Part shown: positions 1-11,559 of the stretch, one piece after another
Layout: each line of letters opens with the position of its first letter
Numbering within the stretch: position 1 is the first letter of the stretch
Source of the DNA: the human T2T-CHM13v2.0 reference genome, Homo sapiens
Strand: one strand, 5' to 3'
DNA length: 64,000 nt
Assembly: GCF_009914755.1 (NCBI RefSeq)
Contig: NC_060928.1
Translations under genes and position numbers: made by a program
The notes under the pieces: model-generated
Databases searched by the model: none
What the model saw: only the letters and a program-made list of their open reading frames with translations
What the model was told of the DNA's origin: nothing

Positions 1-111
1 CGTCTTAAAATTCATTGTTCCATATACATAACAATGCTTTAAAATCAGCAGTGCCAAATATGAAAAACTATTGTATATTTTCATGTTAGGTAAAGCTATG
101 TTTTTCCTTTC

Positions 112-113
<2 letters not shown>

Positions 114-157
<44 letters not shown>
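114..157. repeat. (CA)n microsatellite
   Basis: About 22 perfect CA units. Confidence 0.98.
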
Positions 158-161
<4 letters not shown>

Positions 162-724
162 AGATAACGTGTTTCTCTTTTAGACCAATAATAATGAAAT
201 ACATTATGAACACTGGACTTCATAAATGGTAATTGATTTGGCACATGATTTATTGCCCTCTATAACAACCTTCCCAAATTTTCTGAACAAACAGATCAAC
301 AGAAAGCTCTTTCTTCACTCTTGTTTATCTGTATTATGAATAGGCTTAAAATATCACTTTGGAGACATCACTTTTAAATAACTTTGTTGTTCCATCAATT
401 TCTGTCCATGTAGGAGTAAGAAGAAACATTAATCAGACCTTCACTGGGTCTGCTCTCTGCTCCATCTAAAGAAGAAAAAAATGGCTTCTCTGAAGATTCA
501 GGCAGCCCATTCATTTCTAATAAGTAGAGGGCTATGATTGGTTTTTCACATATGTCTTTAGTTACAATTATTAAGAATTATTTTTGGGAGAGTAATGAAG
601 TCACCAATATGGAAGAGTAAGACATAGCATATTCTATCCCCCACAATAAAACAAATAAAGACATCTAACCACAAACAAAATAGTCCTGGGCGAGCCAAAG
701 AACCCATTTAAAAATATGCAGCAA

Positions 725-811
725 TGGTCTCAAACTCCTGGGCTTGGGCAGTCCTCCTGCCTTGCCCTCCTAAAGTGTTGGGGTTGCAGGTGTCAGCCAC
801 TGTGCCCAGCC
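725..811 (-). mobile_element. Alu left-monomer fragment (AluJ/FLAM-like)
   Basis: tggtctcaaactcctgggc...gccactgtgcccagcc is the reverse complement of an Alu 5' end. Confidence 0.85.
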
Positions 812-984
812 ATACAGTTTTTAAAATAACACATGGTCTTATATTTGACATAATATAGCAAATTAGGCTATCTTTACTTTTTTCTGTTTCAAACAATGTT
901 TAATAATTATATTTCCTTAGATAACTGTTTCTGTTATGAAAAAACCTGAAAACAAAATAATTAGTGTTTCTATTTATATTCTAA

Positions 985-2203
985 CTGGGAGGCATTTGGG
1001 TTATGGGGGCGGATCTCTCATGGCATGATGCTGTCTTCTCAATAGTAACTGACTTCTCATGGGATATGGTTGTTTAAAAGTGTGTGACACCCCACCTCTG
1101 TAGGGAGATGCCCTGAAACTATTGCTACAGAATAAAAGATGAAATTCTCCTGATTATTGTAAATACAAGATTGCATGCAGGATTGTGTAAAGACAATGCC
1201 AGGTTGGACTGCCAGAACGAGCCAACAGTGCGTGATGTGCTTCCTCCTGCAGAGAGCCTATGAACGGATGTGCAGTCAGGGAGGTTTCACATCACCAAGA
1301 TTCCTATCCCAGAAAAGCAGATGTTTATAGCTCTAGGAATGGAATGCGACCCTTGTGGAGAGCCTATAAACGGACGCATGGGGGGTGCCTGTCCATATGG
1401 ATAAGATAGGGCTATAAACACCCTCATCTTGCCACGGCTCTTCTAGGCCTCTTTAGGGTTAAGGCATACTCCCTTCTGAGAATTTCTGGTCTAACCTGTT
1501 GTCTAGCTTCACGTCCTGTTTCTATGGATTGTTTGTAACCAGCTTTTGCTGCAACTGTTACTGCTGATTAATGTCTTGCTAATCATAGGCTATGGAAAGA
1601 TTGTGTTTCTGTTTTAAGGCTCTGTTAGAAATTACTGACGCACACACTATATTGTAAATTCTTATCTCTGTATACTGTACTTCTACATACAAATGTACTG
1701 TACTTCTACATACAAATGTTATGTTAAAGAATTACTTTATCCCCAAGTGACCATCTCACTTCATCATCAAATGACCCTAAATCTCTCACTAACCTACCCC
1801 TGCCCTCACTAAACTTAATAATAAATGCTGATATATCCAGTGCATTGTTAGCACCACAGGACCAGAAGGCGATGACCCCCCCTGGACCCAGCTTTCACTA
1901 TCTTGTGTGTGTCTATTATTTCTCAACCTGCTGATCTGCCTAGGAACAAAGAGAGAGCTCCGTTGTATTGAGGGCTGCTGGCCAGATCCCGCAATACACC
2001 TCCTCATTGCCCCTTTGATGTATCTGTTCCTGCTTCACCTTTTGCCATGAGTAAAGGCTCCCTGAGGCCTTCTCAGAAGCTGAGAAGATAGCGGTGCCAT
2101 TCTTTTACAGGTTGCAGAACTGTGGGCCAATTAAACCTCTTTTCTTTGTAAATTACCCAGCCTCAGGTATTTCCTTATAGCAATGCAAGAACAGCCTAAT
2201 ACA
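985..2203 (+). mobile_element. MaLR LTR (MSTA/MSTB-like), split by an ERVK LTR
   Basis: Typical MST 3' end: ccaattaaacctcttttctttgtaaattacccagcctcaggtatttccttatagcaatgcaagaacagcctaataca. Confidence 0.8.
1099..1996 (+). mobile_element. Solo ERVK-class LTR, MER11D-like (898 bp)
   Basis: Starts TGTAGGGAGA...GAAACTATTGCTAC; flanked by the 6-bp TSD CACCTC (1093-1098 / 1997-2002), the TSD length typical of ERVK. Family name from recall. Confidence 0.75.
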
Positions 2204-2327
2204 AATACATTGATTTAATTGAATGTGTTAAATTAAATGGATGGATAAAAGTTACCAACATCAGAAGAAGACAACTTTGCTGGATTCTTCAAGAAGTCAA
2301 TGTCATGAGGAAAAAAAAGAGAGGGGG

Positions 2328-2640
2328 ATGTTATGGTTTGAATGTGTCCCCATATTTCATGTGTAGGAAACCTAATCCCCAAATGCATATGTTGATTGTA
2401 TTTGGAGGTGGGGCCTTTGGGAGGTAATTGGGATTAGATAAGGTTATCAGGTTGGGATCACCAGGATGGGACTGGTAGCCTTACACGAAGAGGAAGAGAC
2501 CTGAGCTAGCACACACTTGTTTTCTCACCATGTGATGCCTTCCACCATGTTAGGACTGTGCAAGAAGGCCTTCACCAGATGCCAGTGCCACATCCAATTT
2601 CCCAGCCTCTAGAATTGCAAGAAATAAATTTGTTTCTATT
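2328..2640 (+). mobile_element. MaLR LTR (MSTC/MLT1A-like), truncated just after its poly(A) signal
   Basis: Starts tgttatggtttgaatgtgtcccc; contains ggaggtggggcctttgggaggtaatt; AATAAA at 2623-2628 is followed by an A-rich tail instead of the LTR 3' end. Confidence 0.8.
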
Positions 2641-2720
2641 ATAAAATAAAATAAAAATCTGCAGCAACAAAGTGGAGCAAAAAACAGAACATCTACACAG
2701 AATGGATTTTTGGTGATAAC

Positions 2721-2805
2721 AGAATAACTGAGATGCTAGGACTAAGCTAGGACTAAGCTAGGACTAAGCTAGGACTAGCTAGAATAACTGAGATCGAGGA
2801 CTAAG
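2721..2805. repeat. Tandem repeat of the 11-bp unit GCTAGGACTAA (~4 copies), with AGAATAACTGAGAT duplicated on either side
   Basis: Read directly: units at 2735-2777; 14-mer at 2721-2734 and 2781-2794. Confidence 0.9.
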
Positions 2806-3848
2806 AAAAAAAGTGGATGCTATCAGTACTAGTTTATGCAGGGGGAACAGCCATGGAGTGCAGCTGCCTGGTCCATGGATGACACGAGCATCTTTTGCCA
2901 CTGAGGTAACCAACGGTCATTCCTGTCAGGAAACACAGAGAGGAGATGCAGCCGCACCCCCTGCCCTAATAATCAGCTGCTGTTGTGATGCTCCAGGACT
3001 AGAGCTACCTCTTCCTACACCTGTCCGTGAGACCTGAGCCACAGCTGCTCTGCAAGTGTCCACACTTCAGACACCTCTCTGTGGCTCCACAGCTCACATT
3101 TATGCCTCATACACAGGAGCCACTGCCATAGCAAGCTAGTTCACATCCTTGGCCTGGGATTCAAAGTTTTTCTATACATATCTGTGCTCTAGATGCCAAT
3201 TCAGCTGCCAAAGAGAGCTCAGCTACACACTCAATCCCAGAGCCAGTGGAGCTCTTCTCATGCCTGTGCTCCTGTCCTTGGCTTTCTGGTTGTTTCACAA
3301 GCTCAAGCACCTTGCACGATTACCAATGCAGTAGAGAAGATGGCTGTGTCCCAGGCACTGGAGCCATAGCTACTCCAGATTCCAGAGCTGAAGTCCTTAC
3401 ATGTGTGCCTAGAATTCAGGATTTGGCTTGGTGGCTGCTCCACAGATGGCAACTGTCAGATGCCAGTGTTACTGTCACTGCAAACAAGCTCCCAAGTTAC
3501 CACTGGTGTCAAGAAGGATGCCCTTGACATTGACTTTCCCAGTGAAAGAAATAGACATTGGAAGGACCCTAACAGCCATTACCAATGATTACCACTGCTG
3601 CAAATATCTAAAATGTTGGCCTCTGAGGATCCCTGCAATCTTCATCACACTGACCTTAGTTGACAGAGCTGAATAAACATCATACTGTTGCACTTTCACA
3701 TACTCCTATAGCAGGCTCTTTGCCATCAAAATCATCCTGTGACATCTAGAAGAGATGATTGCATCACCAACTGCACAGACATCAATATAAACCAACTGGA
3801 AACATGAAAACCAGGCAGACATATCACCAAAACAACACAATAATTTTC

Positions 3849-4156
<308 letters not shown>

Positions 4157-6639
4157 TAATTTTCAAGAAGCTGATCTCAAAGAAAGGGAAATTTACAGAA
4201 CGCCTGGCAAAAAATTCAAATAATTGTTTTAAAGAAGCTCAGCAAACTTCAAGAAAATACAGAGAAAAAACTCAATGAAACCAGAAAAAAACATAAATAA
4301 ACAAAATAAGAAATGTCACAGAGTTTGAAATTACAACAAAAAGGACTAGAAAAGCTGAATCTGAAAAATGCAATGAATGCAGTAAAAAATGTAAAAGAGA
4401 ACATGAGCAGAAGAATTAATTAAATGGTGAATCTGTAAAGTTGAAGACAGTTTCCTTGAAAATATACAGAAAAGAGAAATAAGAATAAAAATGAATAAGG
4501 AAAGCCCCCAGGATCTATGGGATTGCAACAAGAGTGCTAGCTTTCACATAACGGGAGTTAAAGAAGTAGAAGAAAGAGGAAAAAGAGTGACAGAAGGCTT
4601 ATTTAAAGAGACAATAATTGAAAACCTTACAAATCTGGAAAAAAGATATAAATATTTAGGTACAGAAATTGACATTTCTCAAAAGAAAACATATAAATGG
4701 CCAACAAATATAAGAAAAAAAAATGCTCAGCATCACCAATCATCAGGGAAATGCCAATTAAAACTTCAATGAGATACCATTGGACACCTGTGAGAATAGC
4801 TATTATCAAAAAGATAATAGATAAGTGTTGACAAGGATGTAAAGAAAAGGGAATCTTGCTATAATGTTGGTGGGAATGTAAATTTGTACAACCTTTATGA
4901 AAATCAGCTTGAAGACTCCTCAAAAAATTAAAAATAGAATTACCATATGATTTAGTAATTCCTCCTCTGAGTATATATCCAAAAGAAAAAAATCAATTTG
5001 TCAAAGAGATACCTACACTCCCATGTTCATTGCAGCTTTATTCAAAATAGGCAAGATACAGAATCAATCTATGTTCATAAACAGATGAACGGATAAAGAA
5101 ATTGTATTGTACATACACAATGCAATAGTAATCAGACTTAAAAATGAAGGAAGCCTGTCATTTGCAACAACACAAATGAACCTGCAGGACATTAGGTTTA
5201 GTGAAATAAGCCAGGCACAGAAAGGTAAATGATCTCCTTTGTATGTGGATTCTATAAAACATGAACTCAGAAGCATAGAGTAGAATGGTCTTTACCAGGC
5301 GCAAAGGTGGGAGACTTGGAAAGACGTTAGTCAAAGAATATAAATTTTCATTTTGACAGGAGGAATAAATTCAAGAGATCTATTGTAAAACATAATTATA
5401 GTTAAGAACAATGTATTTTATACCAAAAATGATAAGTAGGTAATACTTATGTTAGTTAACTTGATTTAACCAATCCACAATGTGTATATATATTAAAACA
5501 TCTTGTTTTATTTTGTAAATATATCCACTTTTTGTCATTGGAAATAAATATGAAAAGAAAAATTATTTTTGATTTTTTGAACCATTTTTATTGTATTTAC
5601 AGATCTTGTAAGTATATTGTACTTACAGAAATGTAAGTATTAGTGATTAAAATTTTCACTGGCAATATTTAAAGTGCAAGATGTTTAGTTCTATATAAAT
5701 GTCCTTTAAAACACAATTGGTGAAGATTTCTGAAAAAGATTTCATTAGTTTTTGATCTCTAGCTGTTTACTTCTTGTAGATCACAGTTTTTCCAGTGTTA
5801 ATTCTAGCTTGTTAATTACTATGAATGTTTATAATTGTAGCCATTTTTTCGAATCATTTTACCAAAGGCGGTTATTACCATCAATTTAAAATACATTAAA
5901 TACAATATACCTGCAAAAGTACAATTTTATTTTCTGCTTCAACTGAAGTTGAGTTCAGATGTCTAATGTCCTTTGACTCAGTTGTAAAGAGATTGGTACT
6001 ATACCATCCACACAAAATGACAGACGTCCTCTTCATATTCCATTTCTTGTTAGCTAAATAGGTGCATCTCAAGTGGATCAATTTACACTGTGATGTGCTT
6101 TCTTTGTCTTTAAATTAGCATATTTGTTGTAGCTTGGTGGTTACGGTGTTTTTGTTTCTTCTTATTATTTTATGACAAGCATGTTTTAATTATTCTAGCC
6201 CTAGACAATAACACTGATGTAAGTGTCAGGTCCATTGGGATTCTTGTTAACAAAAAATTTAGTTGGTCTTGTCAGCTTTTGGCAATGACTATTTTACAGG
6301 TAGAGTACTGGTATATGTATCTAGAAAGCTCAAGAGAAGGATAAGACCTTCATAGGGTAACAGATCTGTAACTAGTTTTTAAAAAAATTTTTTTATTATA
6401 CTTTAAGTTCTAGGGTACATGTGCACAACGTGCAGGTTTGTTACATATGTATACATGTGCGGTGTTGGTTTGCTGCACCCATTAACTTATCATTTACATT
6501 AGGTTTTCCTCCTAATGCTATTACTCCCCCATCCCCCCCACCCCATGACAGGCCCTGGTGTGTGATGTTCCCTGCCCCTTGTCCAAGTGTTCTCATTGTT
6601 CAATTCCCACCTATGAGTGAGAATACATGGTGTTTGGTT

Positions 6640-9600
6640 TTCTGTCCTTGCAATAGTTTGCTCAGAATGATAACATGCAGTGTTTAGTTTTCTGTTCTTG
6701 CAATAGCTTGCTCAGAATGATGGTTTCCAGCTTCATGCATGTCGCTACAAAGGACATGAACTCATCATTTTTTATGGCTGCACAGTATACCATGGTGTAT
6801 ATGTGCCACATTTTCTTAATCCAGTTTATCACTGATGGACATTTGTGTTGGTTCCAAGTCTTTGCTATTGTGAATAGTGCCTCAATAAACATATGTGTGC
6901 ATGTGTCTTTAAAGTAGCATGATTTATATTCCTTTGGGTATATACCCAGTAATGGGATGGCTGGGTCAAATGGTATTTCTAGTTCCAGATCCTTGAGGAA
7001 TCACCACACTGTTTCCCACAAAGGTTGAAATAGTTTACAGTCTCACCAATAGTGTAAAAGTGTTCCTATTTCTCCACATCCTCTCCAGCACCTGTTGTTT
7101 CCTGATTTTTTAATGATCTCCATTTTAAGTGGTGTGAGATGGTATCTCATTGTGGTTTTGATTTGCATTTCTCTGATGACCAGTGATGATGAGCATTTTT
7201 CATGTGTCTGTTGGCTGCATGAATGTCTTCTTTTGAAAAGTGTCTGTTCATATCCTTTGCCCACGTTTTTATGGGGTTGTTTGATTTTTTCTTGTAAATT
7301 TATTTCAGTTCTTTGTAGATTCTGGATATTAGCCCTCTGTCAGATGGCTAGATTGCAAAAATTTTCTCCCATTCTGTAGGTTGCCTGTTCACTTTGATGG
7401 TAGTTTCTTTTGCTGTGCAGAAGCTCTTTAGTTTATTTAGATCCCATTTGCCAATTTTGGCTTTTGTTGCCATTGCTTTTGGGGTTTTAGTCATGAAGTC
7501 CTTGCCCATGCCTATGTCCTGAATGGTATTTCCTAGGTTTTCTTCTAGGGTTTTTATGGTTTTAGGTCTAACACTGAAGTCTTTAATCCATCTTGAATTA
7601 ATTTTTGTGTAAGGTGTAAGGAAGGGATCCAGTTTCAGCTTTCTACATATGGCTAGCCAGTTTTCCCGGCACCATTTATTAAATAGGGAATCATTTCCCC
7701 ATATCTTGTTTTTGTCAGGTTTGTCAAAGATCAGATGGTTGTAGATGTGTGGTGTTATTTCTGAGGGCTCTGTTCTGTTTCATTGGTCTATATCTCTGTT
7801 TTGGTACCAGTACTATGCTGTTTTGGTTACTGTAGCCTTATAGTATAGTTTGAAGTCAGGTAACATGATGCCTCCAGCTTTTTTGCTTTTGCTTAGGATT
7901 GTCTTGGCAATTCAGGCTCTTTTTTGGTTCCATATGAACTTTAAAGTAGTTTTTTTCCAATTCTGTGAAGAAAGTCATTGGTAGCTTGATGGGGATGGCA
8001 TTGAATCTATAAATTACCTTGGGCAGTATGGCCATTTTCATGATATTGATTCTTCCTGTCCATGAGCATGGAATGTTCTTCCATTTGTTTGTGTCCTCTT
8101 TTATTTCGTTGAGCAGTGGTTTGTTGCTCTCCTTGAAGAGGTCCTTCACATCCATTGTAACTTGGATTCTTAGGTATTTTATTCTCTTTGTAGCAATTGT
8201 GAATGGGAGTTCACTCATGATTTGCCTCTCTGTTTGTCTGTTATTGGTGTATAGGAATGCTTGTGATTTTTGCACATTGATTTTGTACCCTGAAACTTTG
8301 CTGAAGTTGCTTATCTGCTTAAGGAGATTTTGGATTGAGACAATGGGGTTTTCTAAATTTATAATCATGTCATCTGCAAACAGGGACAATTTGACTTCCT
8401 CATTTCCTAATTGAATACTCTTTATTTCTTTATCTTGTCTGATTGCCCTCTCCAGAACTTCCAACGCTATGTTGAATAGGAGTGGTGAGAGAGGCCATCG
8501 CCGTCTTGTGCCCGTTTTCAAAGGGAATGCTTCCAGTTTTTGCCATTCAGTATGATACTGGCTGTGGGTTTGTCATGAATAGCTCTTATTATTTTGAGAA
8601 ACGTTCCATCAATACCTAGTTTATTAAGAGTTTTTAGCATGAAGGGATGTTGAATTTTGTCAAAGGCCTTTTCTGCATCTATTGAGATAATCATGTGGTT
8701 TTTGTCTTTGGTTCTGTTTATGTGATGGATTACATTTATTGATTTGCATACGTTGAACCAGCCTTGCACCCCAGGGATGAAGCCAACTTTATCTTGGTGG
8801 ATAAGATTTTTGATGAGCTGCTGGATTCGGTTTGCCAGTATTTTGTTGAGGATTTTTGCATTGATGTTCATCAGGGATATTGGTCTAAAATTCTCTTTTT
8901 TGGTTGTGTCTCTGCCCAGCTTTGGTATCAGGATGATGCTGGCCTCATAAAATGAGTTAGGGAGGATTCCCTCTTTTTCTATTGATTGGAATAGTTTCAG
9001 AAGGAATGGTACCAGCTCCTCTTTGTACCTCTGGTAGAATTCGACTGTGAATCCATCTGGTCCTGGACGTTTTTTGGTTGGTAGGCTCTTAATTATTGCC
9101 TCAATTTCAGAGCCTGTTATTGATCTATTTAGGGATTCAACTTCTTCCTGGTTTAGTCTTGGGAGGGTGTATGTGTCGAGGAATTTATCAATTCCTTCTA
9201 GATTTTCTAGTTTATTTGCATAGAGGTGTTTATAGTATTCTCTGATGGTAGTTTGTATTACTGTGGGATAGATGGTGATATGTCCTTTATCATTTTTTAT
9301 TGCATCTATTTGATTCTTCTCTCTTTTCTTCTTTATTAGTCTTGCTAGTGGTCTATCAATTTTGTCGATCTTTTCAAAAAACCAGCTCCTGGATTCATTG
9401 ATTTTTTGAAGGTTTTTTTTTCGTCTCTATTTCGTTCAGTTCTGCTCTGATCTTAGTTGTTTCTTGCCTTCTACTAGCTTTTGAATGTGTTTGCTCTTGC
9501 TTCTCTAGTTCTTTTAATTGTGATGTTAGCATATCAATTTTAGATCTTTCCTGCTTTCTCTTGTGGGCATTTAGTGCTATAAATTTCCCTCTACACACTG

Positions 9601-10478
9601 CTTTGAATGTGTCCCAGAGATTCTGGTATTTTGTGTCTTTGTTCTCATTGTTTTCAAAGAACATCTTTATTTCTGACTTCGTTTTGTTATGCACCCAATA
9701 GTCATTCAGGAGCGGGTTGTTCAGTTTCCATGTAGTTGTGCGGTTTTGAGTGAGTTTCTTAATCTTGAGTTCTAATTTGATTGCACTGTGGTCTGAGAGA
9801 CAGTTTGTTGTGATTTCTGTTCTTTTACATTTGCTGAGGAGAGCTTTACTTCCAACTATGTGGTCAGTTTTGGAATAAGTGCGATGTGCTGCTAAGAAGA
9901 ATGTATATTCTGTTGATTTGAGGTGGAGGGTTCTGTAGATGTCTATTAGGTCTGCTTGGTGCAGAGCTGAGTTCAAGTCCTGGATATCCTTGTTAACTTT
10001 CTGTCTCATTGATCTGTCTAATGTTGACAGTGGGGTGTTAAAATCTCCCATTATTATTGTGTGGGAGTCTAAGTCTCTTTGCAGGTCTCTAAGGACTCGC
10101 TTTATGAATCTGGGTGCTCCTGTATTGGGTGCATATATATTTAGGATAGTTAGCTCTTCTTGTTGAATTGATCCCTTTACCATTATGTAATGGCCTTCTT
10201 TGTCTCTTTTGATCTTTGTTGGTTTAAAGTGTGTTTTATCAGAGACTAGGATTGCAACCCCTGCATTTTTTTTGCTTTCCATTTGCTTGGTAGATCTTCC
10301 TCCATCCTTTTATTTTGAGCCTATGTGTGTCTCTGCACGTGAGATGGGTTTCCTGAATACAGCACACTGATGGGTCTTGACTCTTTATCCAATTTGCCAG
10401 TCTGTGTCTTTTAATTGGAGCATTTAGTCCATTTACATTTAAAGTTAATATTGTTATGTGTGAATTTGATCCTGTCAT
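6640..10478 (-). pseudogene. Disrupted L1 ORF2p (endonuclease/reverse transcriptase)
   Basis: MTGSNSHITILTLNVNGLN start, SDH endonuclease motif and FADD RT motif, spread over several frameshifted ORFs. Confidence 0.95.
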
Positions 10479-10541
10479 TATGATGTTAGCTGGTTATTTT
10501 GCTCGTTAGTTGATGCAGTTTCTTCTTAGCCTCGATGGTCT

Positions 10542-11559
10542 TTACATTTTGGCATAATTTTGCAGCGGCTAGTACCGGTTGTTCCTTTCCATGTTTAGTG
10601 CTTCCTTCAGGAGCTCTTTTAGGGCAGGCCTGGTGGTGACAAAATCTCTCAGCATTTGCTTGTCTGTAAAGTATTTTATTTCTCCTTCATTTATGAAGCT
10701 TAGTTTGGCTGGATACGAAATTCTGGGTTGAAAATTCTCTTCTTTAAGAATGTTGAATATTGGCCTCCACTCTCTTCTGGCTTGCAGAGTTTCTGCCGAG
10801 AGACCAGCTGTTGGTCTGATGGGCTTCCCTTTTTGGGTAACCCGACCTTTCTCTCTGGCTGCCCTTAACATTTTTTCCTTCATTTCAACTTTGGTGAATC
10901 TGACAATTATGTGTCTTGGAGTTGCTCTTCTCGAGGAGTAACTTTGTGGCGTTCTCTGTATTTCCTGAATTTGAATGTTGGCCTGCCTTGCTAGATTGGG
11001 GAAGTTCTCCTAGATAATAACCTGCAGAGTGTTTTCCAACTTGGTTCCATTCTCCCCGTCACTTTCAGGTACACCAATCAGACGTAGATTTGGTCTTTTC
11101 ACATAGTACCATATTTCTTGGAGGCTTTGTTCATTTCTTTTTATTCTTTTTTTCTCTAAACTTCCCTTCTCACTTCATTTCGTTCACTTCATCTTCCATC
11201 ACTGATACCCTGTCTTCCAGTTGATCGCGTCGGCTCCTGAGGCTTCTGCATTCTTCATGTAGTTCTTGAGCCTTGGCTTTCAGCTCCATCAGCTCCTTTA
11301 AGCACTTCTCTGTATTGGTTATTCTAGTTATACATTCGTCTAAATTTTTTTCAAAGTTTTCAACTTCTTTGCCTTTGGTTTGAATTTCCTCCTGTAGCTC
11401 GGAGTTGTTTGATCGTCTGAAGACTTCTTCTCTCAGCTCGTCAAAGTCATTCTCCGTCCAGCTTTGTTCCGTTGCTGGTGAGGAACTGCATTCCTTTGGA
11501 GGAGGAGAGGCGCTCTGCTTTTTAGAGTTTCGAGTTTTTCTGCTCTGTTTTTTCCCCAT
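10542..11559 (-). pseudogene. Disrupted L1 ORF1p
   Basis: MGKKQSRKTRNSKKQSASPPPKE...coiled coil, with a premature stop at 11170; C-terminal fragment at 10569-10883. Confidence 0.92.

Noticed and set aside
2735-2777. Short repeat array as a CRISPR-like locus
   Set aside because: The units are contiguous with no spacers and the context is mammalian; it is a minisatellite.
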